The notes under the pieces: model-generated
Told to the model about the DNA's origin: nothing
Seen by the model: only the letters and a program-made list of their open reading frames with translations
Databases searched by the model: none
Part shown: piece after piece, positions 9,105 through 17,813 of the stretch
How positions within the stretch are numbered: position 1 is the stretch's first letter
How the letters are laid out: every line of letters begins with the position of its first letter
Position numbers and translations under genes: made by a program
Assembly: GCA_963717155.1 (NCBI GenBank)
Contig: OY970326.1
Coordinates: 1,393,897-1,457,896 of the forward strand
Length of the DNA stretch: 64,000 bases
Source of the DNA: an uncultured Actinomycetes bacterium
Lineage (GTDB): Bacteria > Actinomycetota > Thermoleophilia > Gaiellales > JALYLC01
Reading direction: 5' to 3'

Positions 9105-9796
9105 GCGCGCGGCTCGTCACGTTCGACGGCGACGACACGCTGTGGGCGGTCGAGCCACCGTTCGAGGGCGCGTTGCGTGGGTCGTGCAGCGCGTTCGCCA
9201 GACACTTCCCGGATCGGCCGGTGACGGTCGAGGAACTGGTCGAGGACCGGCGGGCCGTGCACGAGTCGATGCCTCCGGGCAGCGACCTTCGGGCCTACCG
9301 GGTGGCGGCGTTCCAGCGGCGCATCGACATCCTCGGTGGAGCACCCGACGGGCTCGCCGAGGAGCTCTGCGACACCTTCCTGCATTTGCGCTCCTCGCTG
9401 ATCGAGCCGTATGCCGACACCGTTCCGGCGCTCGACCGGCTGACGCAGAGGGCCGTCGTCGGGCTCATCACCAACGGGAACGCCGATGTCGAGAAGACGC
9501 CGCTCGCAGGTCGCTTCGCATTTCGCCTGCACGCCTTCGAGCACGGGCCCGAGAAGCCCGACATCGAGATGTTCGTCGTCGCGCTCGCACGCGCCGGCGT
9601 GTCCGCACGGGCGGCGGTGCACGTCGGCGACTCCCTCGAGTGCGACGTCGCGGGCGCGCAGGCCGCGGGCTTCAAGGCGGTCTGGCTGAACCGGCGCGGT
9701 GCTGCGAACACCTCCGGCCTGCAGCCGGATGCCGAGATCTCGTCGCTCCGCGAGCTCGACACGGTGCTCGACACGCTCGTACCCTGGCCGGCATGA
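9101..9796 (+). CDS. HAD-superfamily hydrolase
   Basis: GTG start overlapping the upstream stop. VTFDGDDTLW (DxD motif I), GLITNG (motif II) and HVGDSLECDVAGAQAAGFKAVWL (motif IV). Confidence 0.75.
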   Translation: MSARLVTFDGDDTLWAVEPPFEGALRGSCSAFARHFPDRPVTVEELVEDRRAVHESMPPGSDLRAYRVAAFQRRIDILGGAPDGLAEELCDTFLHLRSSLIEPYADTVPALDRLTQRAVVGLITNGNADVEKTPLAGRFAFRLHAFEHGPEKPDIEMFVVALARAGVSARAAVHVGDSLECDVAGAQAAGFKAVWLNRRGAANTSGLQPDAEISSLRELDTVLDTLVPWPA

Positions 9797-10491
9797 CGAC
9801 CCTGGACCTGGAGGTGGTGCGCCAGAACGTCGCCGCCGCGCGCGCTGCGATCGACGAGGCGGCGCGCCGGGCCGGACGGACGCCCGGAGCGGTCGAGCTC
9901 CTGGCCGCCACGAAGTACGTCGACGCGGCGGACATGCCGCTCCTCGCCGAGGCCGGGATCGAGCTCGTCGGCGAGAACCGCACCGACGCCCTCGCCGCGA
10001 AGCAGGCGCTGCACGCCGGGCTCTTCGCCTGGGACTTCATCGGCGCGCTGCAAAGCCGCAAGGCGCGCGACGTGGTCGGCCGGGTCAGGCTCGTGCACGC
10101 GGTGGAGAGCCTCAGCGCCGCCGAGCAGCTCGACCGGCGAGCCCAGGAGGACGTCGCCTGCCTGATCGAGGTAGACGTGGCCGGAGAGGCTCAGAAGGCG
10201 GGAGTCCCGCTCGCAGGACTCGACGAGTTCCTCGCCGCGTGCGCGCCGCTCGAGCGGCTGCAGATCCAGGGCCTGATGACGATGCCGCCCCTTGCCGCCG
10301 ATCCCGAGACGTCGCGCCCGCACTTCGCGGCCCTCCGTGAGCTCGCCGCGCGGCTCGACGAGCGCTGGGCCGGTCGCTTCCGGTTCGGGACGCTCTCGAT
10401 GGGGACGTCGCAGGATTTCGCGGTGGCCGTGGAGGAGGGCGCGACCATCGTCCGGCTCGGTTCTGTGCTGTACGGCCGATCGTCCCGGTAA
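9793..10491 (+). CDS. yggS: YggS family pyridoxal-phosphate homeostasis protein
   Basis: The ATG at 9793 overlaps the upstream stop. Motifs are ELLAATKYV, VGENRTDAL, WDFIGALQSRKA, LSMGTSQDFAVAVEEGATIVRLGS. Confidence 0.85.
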   Translation: MTTLDLEVVRQNVAAARAAIDEAARRAGRTPGAVELLAATKYVDAADMPLLAEAGIELVGENRTDALAAKQALHAGLFAWDFIGALQSRKARDVVGRVRLVHAVESLSAAEQLDRRAQEDVACLIEVDVAGEAQKAGVPLAGLDEFLAACAPLERLQIQGLMTMPPLAADPETSRPHFAALRELAARLDERWAGRFRFGTLSMGTSQDFAVAVEEGATIVRLGSVLYGRSSR

Positions 10492-10502
10492 CCTTCCGCG
10501 GC

Positions 10503-11087
10503 ATGGGCGCTCGTGATATGTGGCACCGGGGCCTCGTCTACTTCGGGCTTGCCGAGGACGAGGCGTGGTACGACGACGACGAGGACGGGTCTGCGGCGCA
10601 CGACGACCTCGAGCGGACCTACCGCGAGCGGCCGAACGTCCGCCGCATCGACCGGCAGCGCGGTCGCGGCCAGGTCGAGGTCGAGGACATCTTCCCCGAC
10701 GAGGATCTGCCCCGATCATCGAAGGGCAAGTCCCGCAGAACCGACGGCGGCGCCTCGACCGCCGTGCTCCGCCCGGCCGAGGTCCGCGCCGCGCGTGCAG
10801 CGGGCGAGATCGCCAAGGTCCACCTGATCGCGCCGCGCTCGTTCAACGATGCGCAGCAGATCGCCGATCGCTTCAAGCGCGACATCCCGGTGATCATCAA
10901 CCTGCAGAACTCCGACGCGGCGCTGGGCAAGCGTCTCATCGACTTCGCATCGGGTCTCACCTACGCGCTCGACGGCGGCATGCAGCGCGTGGCCGACAAG
11001 GTGTTCCTTCTCACTCCGCGCGATGTCGAGCTCTCGGCCGAGGATCGCGCGCGCTACCTCGAGGGCGAGTTCTTCAACCAGGCATGA
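10503..11087 (+). CDS. sepF: cell division protein SepF
   Basis: MWHRGLVYFGLAED N-terminus (the start may be Met 10518). KVHLIAPRSFNDAQQIADRFKRDIPVIINL...LIDFASGLTYALDGGMQRVADKVFLLTP is the SepF core. Confidence 0.85.
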   Translation: MGARDMWHRGLVYFGLAEDEAWYDDDEDGSAAHDDLERTYRERPNVRRIDRQRGRGQVEVEDIFPDEDLPRSSKGKSRRTDGGASTAVLRPAEVRAARAAGEIAKVHLIAPRSFNDAQQIADRFKRDIPVIINLQNSDAALGKRLIDFASGLTYALDGGMQRVADKVFLLTPRDVELSAEDRARYLEGEFFNQA

Positions 11088-11172
11088 GCGCGTCCGGCGC
11101 GTGCCGTCTGCCGCGCGGCGTATCCTCGCGGCGACTGTCCCGGTTGTGTCACCCGAGCGGAGGGAAGTGCTG

Positions 11173-12744
11173 ATGGAGACCGAGCCAGGCGGAGCCCCGC
11201 AGCGAACGCTGACCGAGGACGAGAGGATCCTGCACAGGCTGGGGTACGCGCAGGAGCTGATGCGCGCGGTCGGGGGCTTCGGCAACTTCGCGATCTCGTT
11301 CACGATCATCTCGGTCCTGGCGGGATGCCTGACGTCCTACTTCATCGCGTTCAACAACGGCGGCCCGGTCGCGGTCACCTGGGGCTGGCTCCTCGTCGGT
11401 GGCTTCTGCATCATCGTGGCGCTCTCCATGGCCGAGATTGCCTCGGCGATGCCGACGGCCGGTGGGCTCTACTACTGGGCGTCGCGGCTGGGGAGCCCCG
11501 CCTGGGGCTGGTTCACCGGCTGGTTCAACCTGATCGGTCAGATCTCGGTGACCGCGGCGATCGACTACGGCGCGGCCGTCTTCGTCGATTCGCTGCTCAA
11601 CCTCTGGTTCGGCACGTCGCAGACGGCGACCGCGATCTTCGTGATCTTCACGATCATCATCGCCGCGCACCTGCTGATCAACCTGGCCGCCCTGCCGATC
11701 CTCAACATGATCAACACGTTCTCGGCCTGGTGGCACATGGTCGGCGTCGTGCTGATCGTGCTGGTCCTGATCGCGATTCCAGACCACCACCAGTCGGTGG
11801 GCTACGTCTTCGGCAAGACGATCAACAACTCGGGCTTCTCCGGTACGAGCTTCGCGAACCCGATCTTCTGGTTCGTCTTCGGGATCGGCCTGCTGATGGC
11901 CCAGTACACGATCACCGGCTACGACGCCTCCGCGCACCTCTCCGAGGAGACGCTGAACGCGGGACGCGGCGCCGCGGTCGGCATCGTGATGTCGGTCGTC
12001 GTCTCGGTGATCTTCGGCTTCGTCCTCCTCGTGGCCGTGACGTTCGCGATCCCCGACACGGCGGGCACGCTCGCAGCGGGTGCATTCGACGTGCAGTACA
12101 TCTGGCAGACATCGACAAGCGACAAGTGGGCCGAGTTCATGTTGGTGATCGCCTGCGTGGCGCAGCTCTTCTGCGGCCTCGCCTCGGTCACGTCGGCCTC
12201 GCGCATGCTGTTCGCGTTCTCGCGGGACGGTGCGGTTCCCGGGCACCAGCTGTGGCGGCGGTTGGCCTTCCGTCGCGTGCCGGCGTACGCCGCCGCGGCG
12301 ATCTGCGTGCTCGCGTGGGCGCTCATGCTGCCGACGCTGTCGAACGCCGCCGTCGGCTATCTCGTCGGCACGTCGATCGCCGTGATCGGCCTGTACATCG
12401 CGTTCGCCTTCCCGATCTGGCTGCGCTGGCGCGCCGGCGACTCGTTCGAGCATGGCGTGTGGTCGCTCGGCAACCACTACAAGTGGCTCAATCCGCTCGC
12501 GCTTCTCTGGATCCTCCTGATCTGCATCCTGTTCCTCGCTCCGAGCGTGCCGCAGGGCATACCGTGGAAGAACGACTTCTCGTGGGATCTGGCGAACTAC
12601 GCGCCGCTCACCGTGGGCGGGGCCTTCATCCTGTTCGGCGGCTGGTGGATCATCTCGGCGAACCGCTGGTTCAAGGGCCCGATCAGCCAGGGCTCCGAGG
12701 CCGAGCTCGAGCGGATCGAGGCACAGCTCGAAGCATCGGGCTGA
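11173..12744 (+). CDS. APC-family amino acid/polyamine permease
   Basis: Met at 11173 preceded by GGAGGGA (track ORF 11023..12744). About 12 hydrophobic segments; FGNFAISFTIISVLAG and MAEIASAMPTAGGLYYWA are typical of APC transporters. Confidence 0.8.
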   Translation: METEPGGAPQRTLTEDERILHRLGYAQELMRAVGGFGNFAISFTIISVLAGCLTSYFIAFNNGGPVAVTWGWLLVGGFCIIVALSMAEIASAMPTAGGLYYWASRLGSPAWGWFTGWFNLIGQISVTAAIDYGAAVFVDSLLNLWFGTSQTATAIFVIFTIIIAAHLLINLAALPILNMINTFSAWWHMVGVVLIVLVLIAIPDHHQSVGYVFGKTINNSGFSGTSFANPIFWFVFGIGLLMAQYTITGYDASAHLSEETLNAGRGAAVGIVMSVVVSVIFGFVLLVAVTFAIPDTAGTLAAGAFDVQYIWQTSTSDKWAEFMLVIACVAQLFCGLASVTSASRMLFAFSRDGAVPGHQLWRRLAFRRVPAYAAAAICVLAWALMLPTLSNAAVGYLVGTSIAVIGLYIAFAFPIWLRWRAGDSFEHGVWSLGNHYKWLNPLALLWILLICILFLAPSVPQGIPWKNDFSWDLANYAPLTVGGAFILFGGWWIISANRWFKGPISQGSEAELERIEAQLEASG

Positions 12745-12745
12745 G

Positions 12746-14107
12746 GTGCCAGTGGACGGACGGTTGACGCTCGACGAGCTGGGCGCGGCGGTGGCCGCGG
12801 CCCAGCTCGACACCGTGATCGTGGCGTTCTGCGACATGCAGGGCCGCCTGATGGGCAAGCGCGTGCACGGCCCCGCGTTTCTCGACGGGATCGCACAGCA
12901 CGGCGCCGAGGGCTGCAACTACCTGCTCGCGGTCGACGTCGACATGAACACGGTCGAGGGCTATGCGTTCGCCTCGTGGGAGCGCGGGTACGGCGACTTC
13001 GTGCTGCGACCCGACCTCGATACCCTCCGTCGCATCCCCTGGCTGCCGGGGACGGCGCTCTGCATGTGCGATCTCCAGTGGCACGACGGCTCGCCGGTCG
13101 TGCCATCGCCGCGCCAGATCCTGCGTGCCCAGCTCGCACGGCTCGCCGAGCGGGGCTGGCGGGCGATGGTCGGCTCCGAGCTCGAGTTCCTGCTGTTCGC
13201 CGAGTCGTACGACGAGTGCCGCGCCAAGGGCTTTCGCGGCCTCAAGCTCGCGAACGCGTACAACGTCGACTACTCGATCCTCGGCTCGACCTACGTCGAG
13301 CCGGTGCTGCGCGCGATACGGCTTGGAATGGCGGGTGCGGGGATGCCGGTCGAGGACTCGAAGGGCGAGTGCAATTTCGGCCAGCACGAGGTGAACTTCC
13401 GCTACGCCGAGGCGCTTGCGATGGCGGACGACCACACGATCTACCGCAACGGCGCGAAGGAGATCGCCTACCAGCACGGGCACGCACTGACGTTCATGCC
13501 GAAGTACGACGAGCGTGAGGGAAACTCGTGCCACATCCACATCTCGCTGTGGGACGGCGAGCGCAGCCTATTCCCGGATGCGTCGGGGCATGGGCGCTCG
13601 GCGATCTTCTCGAGCTTCCTCGCCGGCATCCTCGCCCATCTGCGCGAGCTCACGCTGTTCCTCGCGCCGAACGTGAACAGCTACAAGCGCTTCCAGCGCG
13701 GCTCCTTCGCGCCGACGGCGTTGGTCTGGGCAGAGGACAACCGCACCTGCGCCCTGCGGGTCGTCGGACACGGCAACGGCATGCGGGTCGAGTCCCGGGT
13801 GGCCGGTGGCGATGCGAATCCATACCTGGCGTTCGCGGCGCTGATCGCGGCCGGCCTTGCGGGCATCGACGGCGACTACGAGCTCGAGCCGCCCTGGGAG
13901 GGCTCGGGCTACGACGCGCTCGACCGCCCGCACGTTCCCGAGACGCTCCGCGAGTCGATCGCGTTGCTCGCAGGCTCCGGGCTGGCACGTCGGTCGTTCG
14001 GCGACGAGGTCGTCGACCACTACTTGCATGCCGGTCGCATCGAGCAGGAGCAGTTCGACCGGGCCGTGACCGACTGGGAGCTGCAGCGCAGCTTCGAGCG
14101 GCTCTAG
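12746..14107 (+). CDS. glutamine synthetase family protein (candidate gamma-glutamyl-polyamine synthetase)
   Basis: Intact GTG-start ORF of 453 aa. Motifs are VGSELEFLLF, CNFGQHEVNFRY, KYDEREGNSCHIHISLW, NSYKRF, NRTCALRV and GGDANPYLAFAALIAAGLAGI (GS catalytic-domain motifs). Confidence 0.8.
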   Translation: MPVDGRLTLDELGAAVAAAQLDTVIVAFCDMQGRLMGKRVHGPAFLDGIAQHGAEGCNYLLAVDVDMNTVEGYAFASWERGYGDFVLRPDLDTLRRIPWLPGTALCMCDLQWHDGSPVVPSPRQILRAQLARLAERGWRAMVGSELEFLLFAESYDECRAKGFRGLKLANAYNVDYSILGSTYVEPVLRAIRLGMAGAGMPVEDSKGECNFGQHEVNFRYAEALAMADDHTIYRNGAKEIAYQHGHALTFMPKYDEREGNSCHIHISLWDGERSLFPDASGHGRSAIFSSFLAGILAHLRELTLFLAPNVNSYKRFQRGSFAPTALVWAEDNRTCALRVVGHGNGMRVESRVAGGDANPYLAFAALIAAGLAGIDGDYELEPPWEGSGYDALDRPHVPETLRESIALLAGSGLARRSFGDEVVDHYLHAGRIEQEQFDRAVTDWELQRSFERL

Positions 14108-14889
14108 TGGGACGCCCGCGGATCGGTCTCGGTGCGTACTGGACCGAGGCGCGCTGGACGTACTGGGAGCTTCCGGTGGCACTCGTGCCCGCGGGCTACA
14201 TCGAAGGTGTCCGCCTCGCCGGGGGCCTTCCGCTGGTGCTGCCGCCGACTCCCGAAGGAGCACGCGAGCCGGGCGAGGTGCTCGACGCGGTCGACGGACT
14301 CTGCCTGATCGGCGGACCCGACCTCGGAGTCGACCTGTACGGCTCGCCGCCGGCACATCCGGAGACCGGCCCCAAGCAGGAGCGGCGCGACGCCTTCGAG
14401 TTCGCACTCCTCGTCGAGGCTCGCCGGCGCGGTCTCCCGGTGCTCGGTATCTGCCGCGGCATGCAGCTCCTCGACGTCGCCGCCGGCGGGGACCTCGTAC
14501 AGCACCTCGCCGACACGACGGACCTCACGCCGCATCGCCCTGCTGCCGGGGTGTTCGGACGGCATCCGGTCGAGATCGAGTCGGGGACTCGTACGGCTTC
14601 GCTCCTCGGATCGATCGTCGATGTCCACTCGGCCCACCACCAGGGCGTCGGACGTGTGGGGGAGGGGCTCGTCGTCGCCGCTCGAGCGCCCGACGGTCAG
14701 ATCGAGGCCGTCGAAGATCCCGAGCAGCCCTTCTGCCTCGGCGTGCTGTGGCATCCCGAGGAGGACCCGCAGGGAGCCGGGGCTCCACTCTTCCGGGGGC
14801 TCGTCGAGGCAGCACGCCGCTACAGCGAGGTGCGACACGGGGCGGACGGCGAGAGGGAGGGAGGCCGCCCGCCCCGTGAAGGTGCGTAG
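14107..14889 (+). CDS. gamma-glutamyl-GABA hydrolase-like class I glutamine amidotransferase (peptidase C26)
   Basis: The GTG at 14107 overlaps the upstream TAG. GLCLIGGPDL, LPVLGICRGMQLLDVAAGG (nucleophile Cys), SAHHQGV and GVLWHPE resemble the PuuD/C26 family. Confidence 0.75.
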   Translation: MGRPRIGLGAYWTEARWTYWELPVALVPAGYIEGVRLAGGLPLVLPPTPEGAREPGEVLDAVDGLCLIGGPDLGVDLYGSPPAHPETGPKQERRDAFEFALLVEARRRGLPVLGICRGMQLLDVAAGGDLVQHLADTTDLTPHRPAAGVFGRHPVEIESGTRTASLLGSIVDVHSAHHQGVGRVGEGLVVAARAPDGQIEAVEDPEQPFCLGVLWHPEEDPQGAGAPLFRGLVEAARRYSEVRHGADGEREGGRPPREGA

Positions 14890-14916
14890 CTCGAGCGTGC
14901 TAGATCGGGCTCGCGT

Positions 14917-15711
14917 TTACGGGCCCGGTGCCGTCTGCGTCGGAGTGGGAGGAGGTGGCGCACCGCCGCCCTTGCCCTTCCAATGGCCCGGACCGACGAA
15001 CCCGCGGTGGCCATGGGCGATCGGACCGAGGATGCCGTTCTTGCCGCCGCCAAAGCCAAACCCGAACGCGCCGAAGCCGAACCCGAAGCCGCCGGCGCCC
15101 TGCGCCTGCTGCGCCTTCTGGATCGCCGCGAAGACGTCCTTCAGGTCGACGCCCTGGGCCGTGGCGATCGCGTCGAGCCGGTCGCCCGCGGCAAGTCGCT
15201 TGGCGAGGTCGGTCGGGGTGAGCTTGAGCGCCCCCGCGGCCGCGTCGATGACGGCCGCACGCGCGCTCGCCTGCTTGGTCAGCGCCGCGAGCAGCGCAGC
15301 GGCCTGACCCTTCGTGAGGGCGTCGTCAGAGACGGCCTGATCCAGACGCGCCTTGGCCGCGGCGATCGCCGCATCGCGGACGTCGTCCGGCGACTTGCCG
15401 GCGTCGGTGGCGGTCTTCTGGGCGGACTGCAGGGCCTCGAATGTCTGCTGGAGCGCGGTCTTCGTCGCCGCGTCGAGGAAGCTGAGGAGCGGGCCGGCGA
15501 AGCCGGCCGGGCCGGCGAACCCGCGAGGGCCGGCGAACCCGCGAGGGCCGGGGAAGGGCCGATGCGCCGGCGGCGTGGGCGCCGTCGTCGTTCCGGTCGT
15601 CGTGGTGGAGCCGTTGTCGGCTCCGCGCGAGCTGCTCGCCGCCGCGACGGCGCCGCCACCTGCGAGTGCGGCGACCGCGAGCCCGACGGCCAAACCCTGG
15701 GAACGTCTCAT
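14917..15711 (-). CDS. secreted low-complexity protein (signal peptide, PRGFAG repeats, one LTXXQ-like motif, FG/G-rich tail)
   Basis: Track ORF 14917..15783(-), with a likely start at MRRSQGLAVGLAVAALAGGGAVAAA (signal-peptide-like). It contains PRGFAGPRGFAGPAGFAGP, DALTKGQAAALLAALTKQ and GAGGFGFGFGAFGFGFGGG. I recognise no family. Confidence 0.5.
   Translation of the reverse strand: MRRSQGLAVGLAVAALAGGGAVAAASSSRGADNGSTTTTGTTTAPTPPAHRPFPGPRGFAGPRGFAGPAGFAGPLLSFLDAATKTALQQTFEALQSAQKTATDAGKSPDDVRDAAIAAAKARLDQAVSDDALTKGQAAALLAALTKQASARAAVIDAAAGALKLTPTDLAKRLAAGDRLDAIATAQGVDLKDVFAAIQKAQQAQGAGGFGFGFGAFGFGFGGGKNGILGPIAHGHRGFVGPGHWKGKGGGAPPPPTPTQTAPGP
15493..15546 (-). repeat. 18-bp tandem repeat (about 3 units) inside the secreted-protein gene
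   Basis: GCCGGCGAACCCGCGAGG occurs twice, plus a degenerate unit. On the minus strand it encodes the PRGFAG peptide repeat. Confidence 0.7.
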
Positions 15712-15877
15712 AGATGTCCTCGCTTCGTTGGCGGGATGCCTTCTCACAGCGTGCGCGAGAATCCTCACTCGTGCACCCCCCATTCGCCGTTGTACGCGAT
15801 CTTCGTAGGAACTTCCTGAGAATCATCGCGCCCGCTGGTCGCGCGCGCGGCTGACCCGCACGCGTACCATCCGAGCC

Positions 15878-16687
15878 GTGCAGCGGGAACGCGTCCTCGG
15901 GCTCATCGGAGCCGGCAACATGGCCTCGGCGATGGTCGACGGATGGGTGCGGGCCGACCCGGCTCGCGCGTCCCGCATCGTCGTGAGCGACCGCGGCTCC
16001 GGCCGCGCCGGGCGCCTGGCGGAGCTGCACGGAGTCGCCGTCGCGGGTTCGAACCGCGACCTGGTGGAGCGCGCGGACATCGTGATCGTCGCGGTCAAGC
16101 CGATCGACGTCGAGCGCGTGCTGCGCGAGGTGTCCGGTCTGATCACGCCCGAGCGCGCGGTGCTGTCTGTCGCCGCAGGCGTGGCGACGACGACGCTCGA
16201 GACGATCGTCGACGAGGACGTTCCGGTATTCCGCGCCATGCCGAACGTCGGCGTGCGCGTGTGCGCGGGCACCCTGTGCTTCGCGGAGGGACGGTTCGCA
16301 GGTGGGGACGCCGAGGCCGGCGTGCTCGAGTGGCTTGCGCTGCTCGGGACCGTCGTGCGGCTCGAAGAGCGGCTGTTCGATGCGGCGACGGCGCTCGCCG
16401 GGTCGGGTCCTGCGTTCCTCGGCCTCGTCATCGAGGCGTTCGAGGACGCGGGCATCGTCTCGGGTCTGTCGGCGGCGAAGGCCCGCGAGCTGGTCCTCTC
16501 GACGATGGTGGGCACCGCAGGGCTGCTCGATGCGTACGGGATGTCGTGCTCCGATCTGCGTCGCACCGTCACCTCACCCGGTGGGACGGCGGCCGCCGGC
16601 CTCGCCCAGATGGAGCGGGCCGGGGTGCGGAGCGGCATCATCGACGGCGTCCTCGCGGCGCTGCGGCGGGCGGCCGAGCTCGGATGA
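15878..16687 (+). CDS. proC: pyrroline-5-carboxylate reductase
   Basis: GTG-start ORF of 269 aa. Motifs are LGLIGAGNMASAMV, IVIVAVKP, AMPNVG and VTSPGGTAAAGL. Confidence 0.85.
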   Translation: MQRERVLGLIGAGNMASAMVDGWVRADPARASRIVVSDRGSGRAGRLAELHGVAVAGSNRDLVERADIVIVAVKPIDVERVLREVSGLITPERAVLSVAAGVATTTLETIVDEDVPVFRAMPNVGVRVCAGTLCFAEGRFAGGDAEAGVLEWLALLGTVVRLEERLFDAATALAGSGPAFLGLVIEAFEDAGIVSGLSAAKARELVLSTMVGTAGLLDAYGMSCSDLRRTVTSPGGTAAAGLAQMERAGVRSGIIDGVLAALRRAAELG

Positions 16688-16974
16688 GCAACTCCACGGT
16701 CGACACGCTCGACACCTTCGTTCGCTCGTTCGTCCAGATCTACGTGCTGCTGATCCTCGTCTGGATCGTGCTCAGCTACTTCCGGCTGCCGTACAACATC
16801 TGGCTCTCGCGGTTCCGCGGATTCCTCGACGAGACGATCCAGCCGTACATGCGGGTGTGGCGGAGGATCCTCCCGATGTTCGGACCGCTCGATCTGAGCC
16901 CGATGGTGGGCATCATCGCCCTGCTCGCCGCCGAGCAGATCGTGATCAGCGTGCTCGACGGCTTCCGGCCGTAG
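16684..16974 (+). CDS. yggT: YggT family membrane protein
   Basis: The ATG at 16684 overlaps the proC stop (ATGA). FVQIYVLLILVWIVLSYF...ETIQPYMRVWRRILPMFGPLDLSPMVGII matches the YggT pattern. Confidence 0.8.
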   Translation: MSNSTVDTLDTFVRSFVQIYVLLILVWIVLSYFRLPYNIWLSRFRGFLDETIQPYMRVWRRILPMFGPLDLSPMVGIIALLAAEQIVISVLDGFRP

Positions 16975-17021
16975 CCGTCCGTACCGGCAGGAAACGGCAG
17001 CAACGGCGCGAACGGCACGCC

Positions 17022-17510
17022 ATGTCGTTGAGTCCGGTCGAGGTACGACACCTGCGCTTCCCGCGGCGCGCGCTCGGCGTGAGCCGGCGCCGTGTCCAGC
17101 GCGAGCTCGAGCACGTCGCCGAGGCGTTCGAGGAGGTCTGGCGCGAGCGAGCCGACCTGGGCGACCGCGTCGAGGAGCTCGAGGGCGAGCTTCGCCACCA
17201 CCGCGAGCTCGAGGAGATGCTGCGCAAGACGCTCGTCTCTGCAGAGCGGGCCTCGGACGCGATGCGCGAGAACGCGCGTCGCGAGGCAGCGACGATCCTG
17301 CGCGACGCGGAGGCACGGGCGCGCGAGATCATCGGCGAGGCCCACTCCGACCGGGAGCGCGTGCGCCGCGAGGCCCTTCGCATCCGGGACGCCGAGCGCG
17401 AGTTCCGTAGCCGCTTCCGCTCGGTCGTCGCGTCGACGGTGCATCTGGTCGAGGCGTACGAGGCAGAGCTGCCAGGCGCGCCAGACGAGGATCCCGGCCG
17501 TGCCGCGTAG
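17022..17510 (+). CDS. divIVA: DivIVA domain-containing cell-division/polarity protein
   Basis: Met at 17022 (track ORF 16302..17510). MSLSPVEVRHLRFPRRALGVSRRRVQRELEHV is a DivIVA N-terminal motif, followed by a coiled-coil region. Confidence 0.75.
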   Translation: MSLSPVEVRHLRFPRRALGVSRRRVQRELEHVAEAFEEVWRERADLGDRVEELEGELRHHRELEEMLRKTLVSAERASDAMRENARREAATILRDAEARAREIIGEAHSDRERVRREALRIRDAEREFRSRFRSVVASTVHLVEAYEAELPGAPDEDPGRAA

Positions 17511-17582
17511 ACTTCCGGCATCGACGCCGCACGCCGCATCACGCTGCGCCTCCGGGTAGTTCCAGGGGCTCGGAGCGACGCC

Positions 17583-17813
17583 GTGGCGGGTCGCCACGGC
17601 GATGGATGGAAGCTGCGCGTCGCCGCGCCTCCCGAGGACGGTCGTGCGAACCGTGCCGTCGAGCAACTGGTCGCCCGTACCGTCGGGCTCGACCTGCGCG
17701 ACGTTCGCATCGTTCGCGGGTTCACCGCGAGGGACAAGCTGATCGAGATCGACGGCGTCGACGTGGCGACCGTCGAGCGCGCTCTCACCGCCGCGACCGG
17801 TCCGGGCGCATGA
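17583..17813 (+). CDS. DUF167 (YggU) family protein
   Basis: LRVAAPPEDGRANRAVEQLVARTVGLDLRDVRIVRGFTARDKLIEIDG matches the DUF167 core (PxxGxAN...G.tsR.K). The N-terminus looks short. Confidence 0.65.
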   Translation: MAGRHGDGWKLRVAAPPEDGRANRAVEQLVARTVGLDLRDVRIVRGFTARDKLIEIDGVDVATVERALTAATGPGA

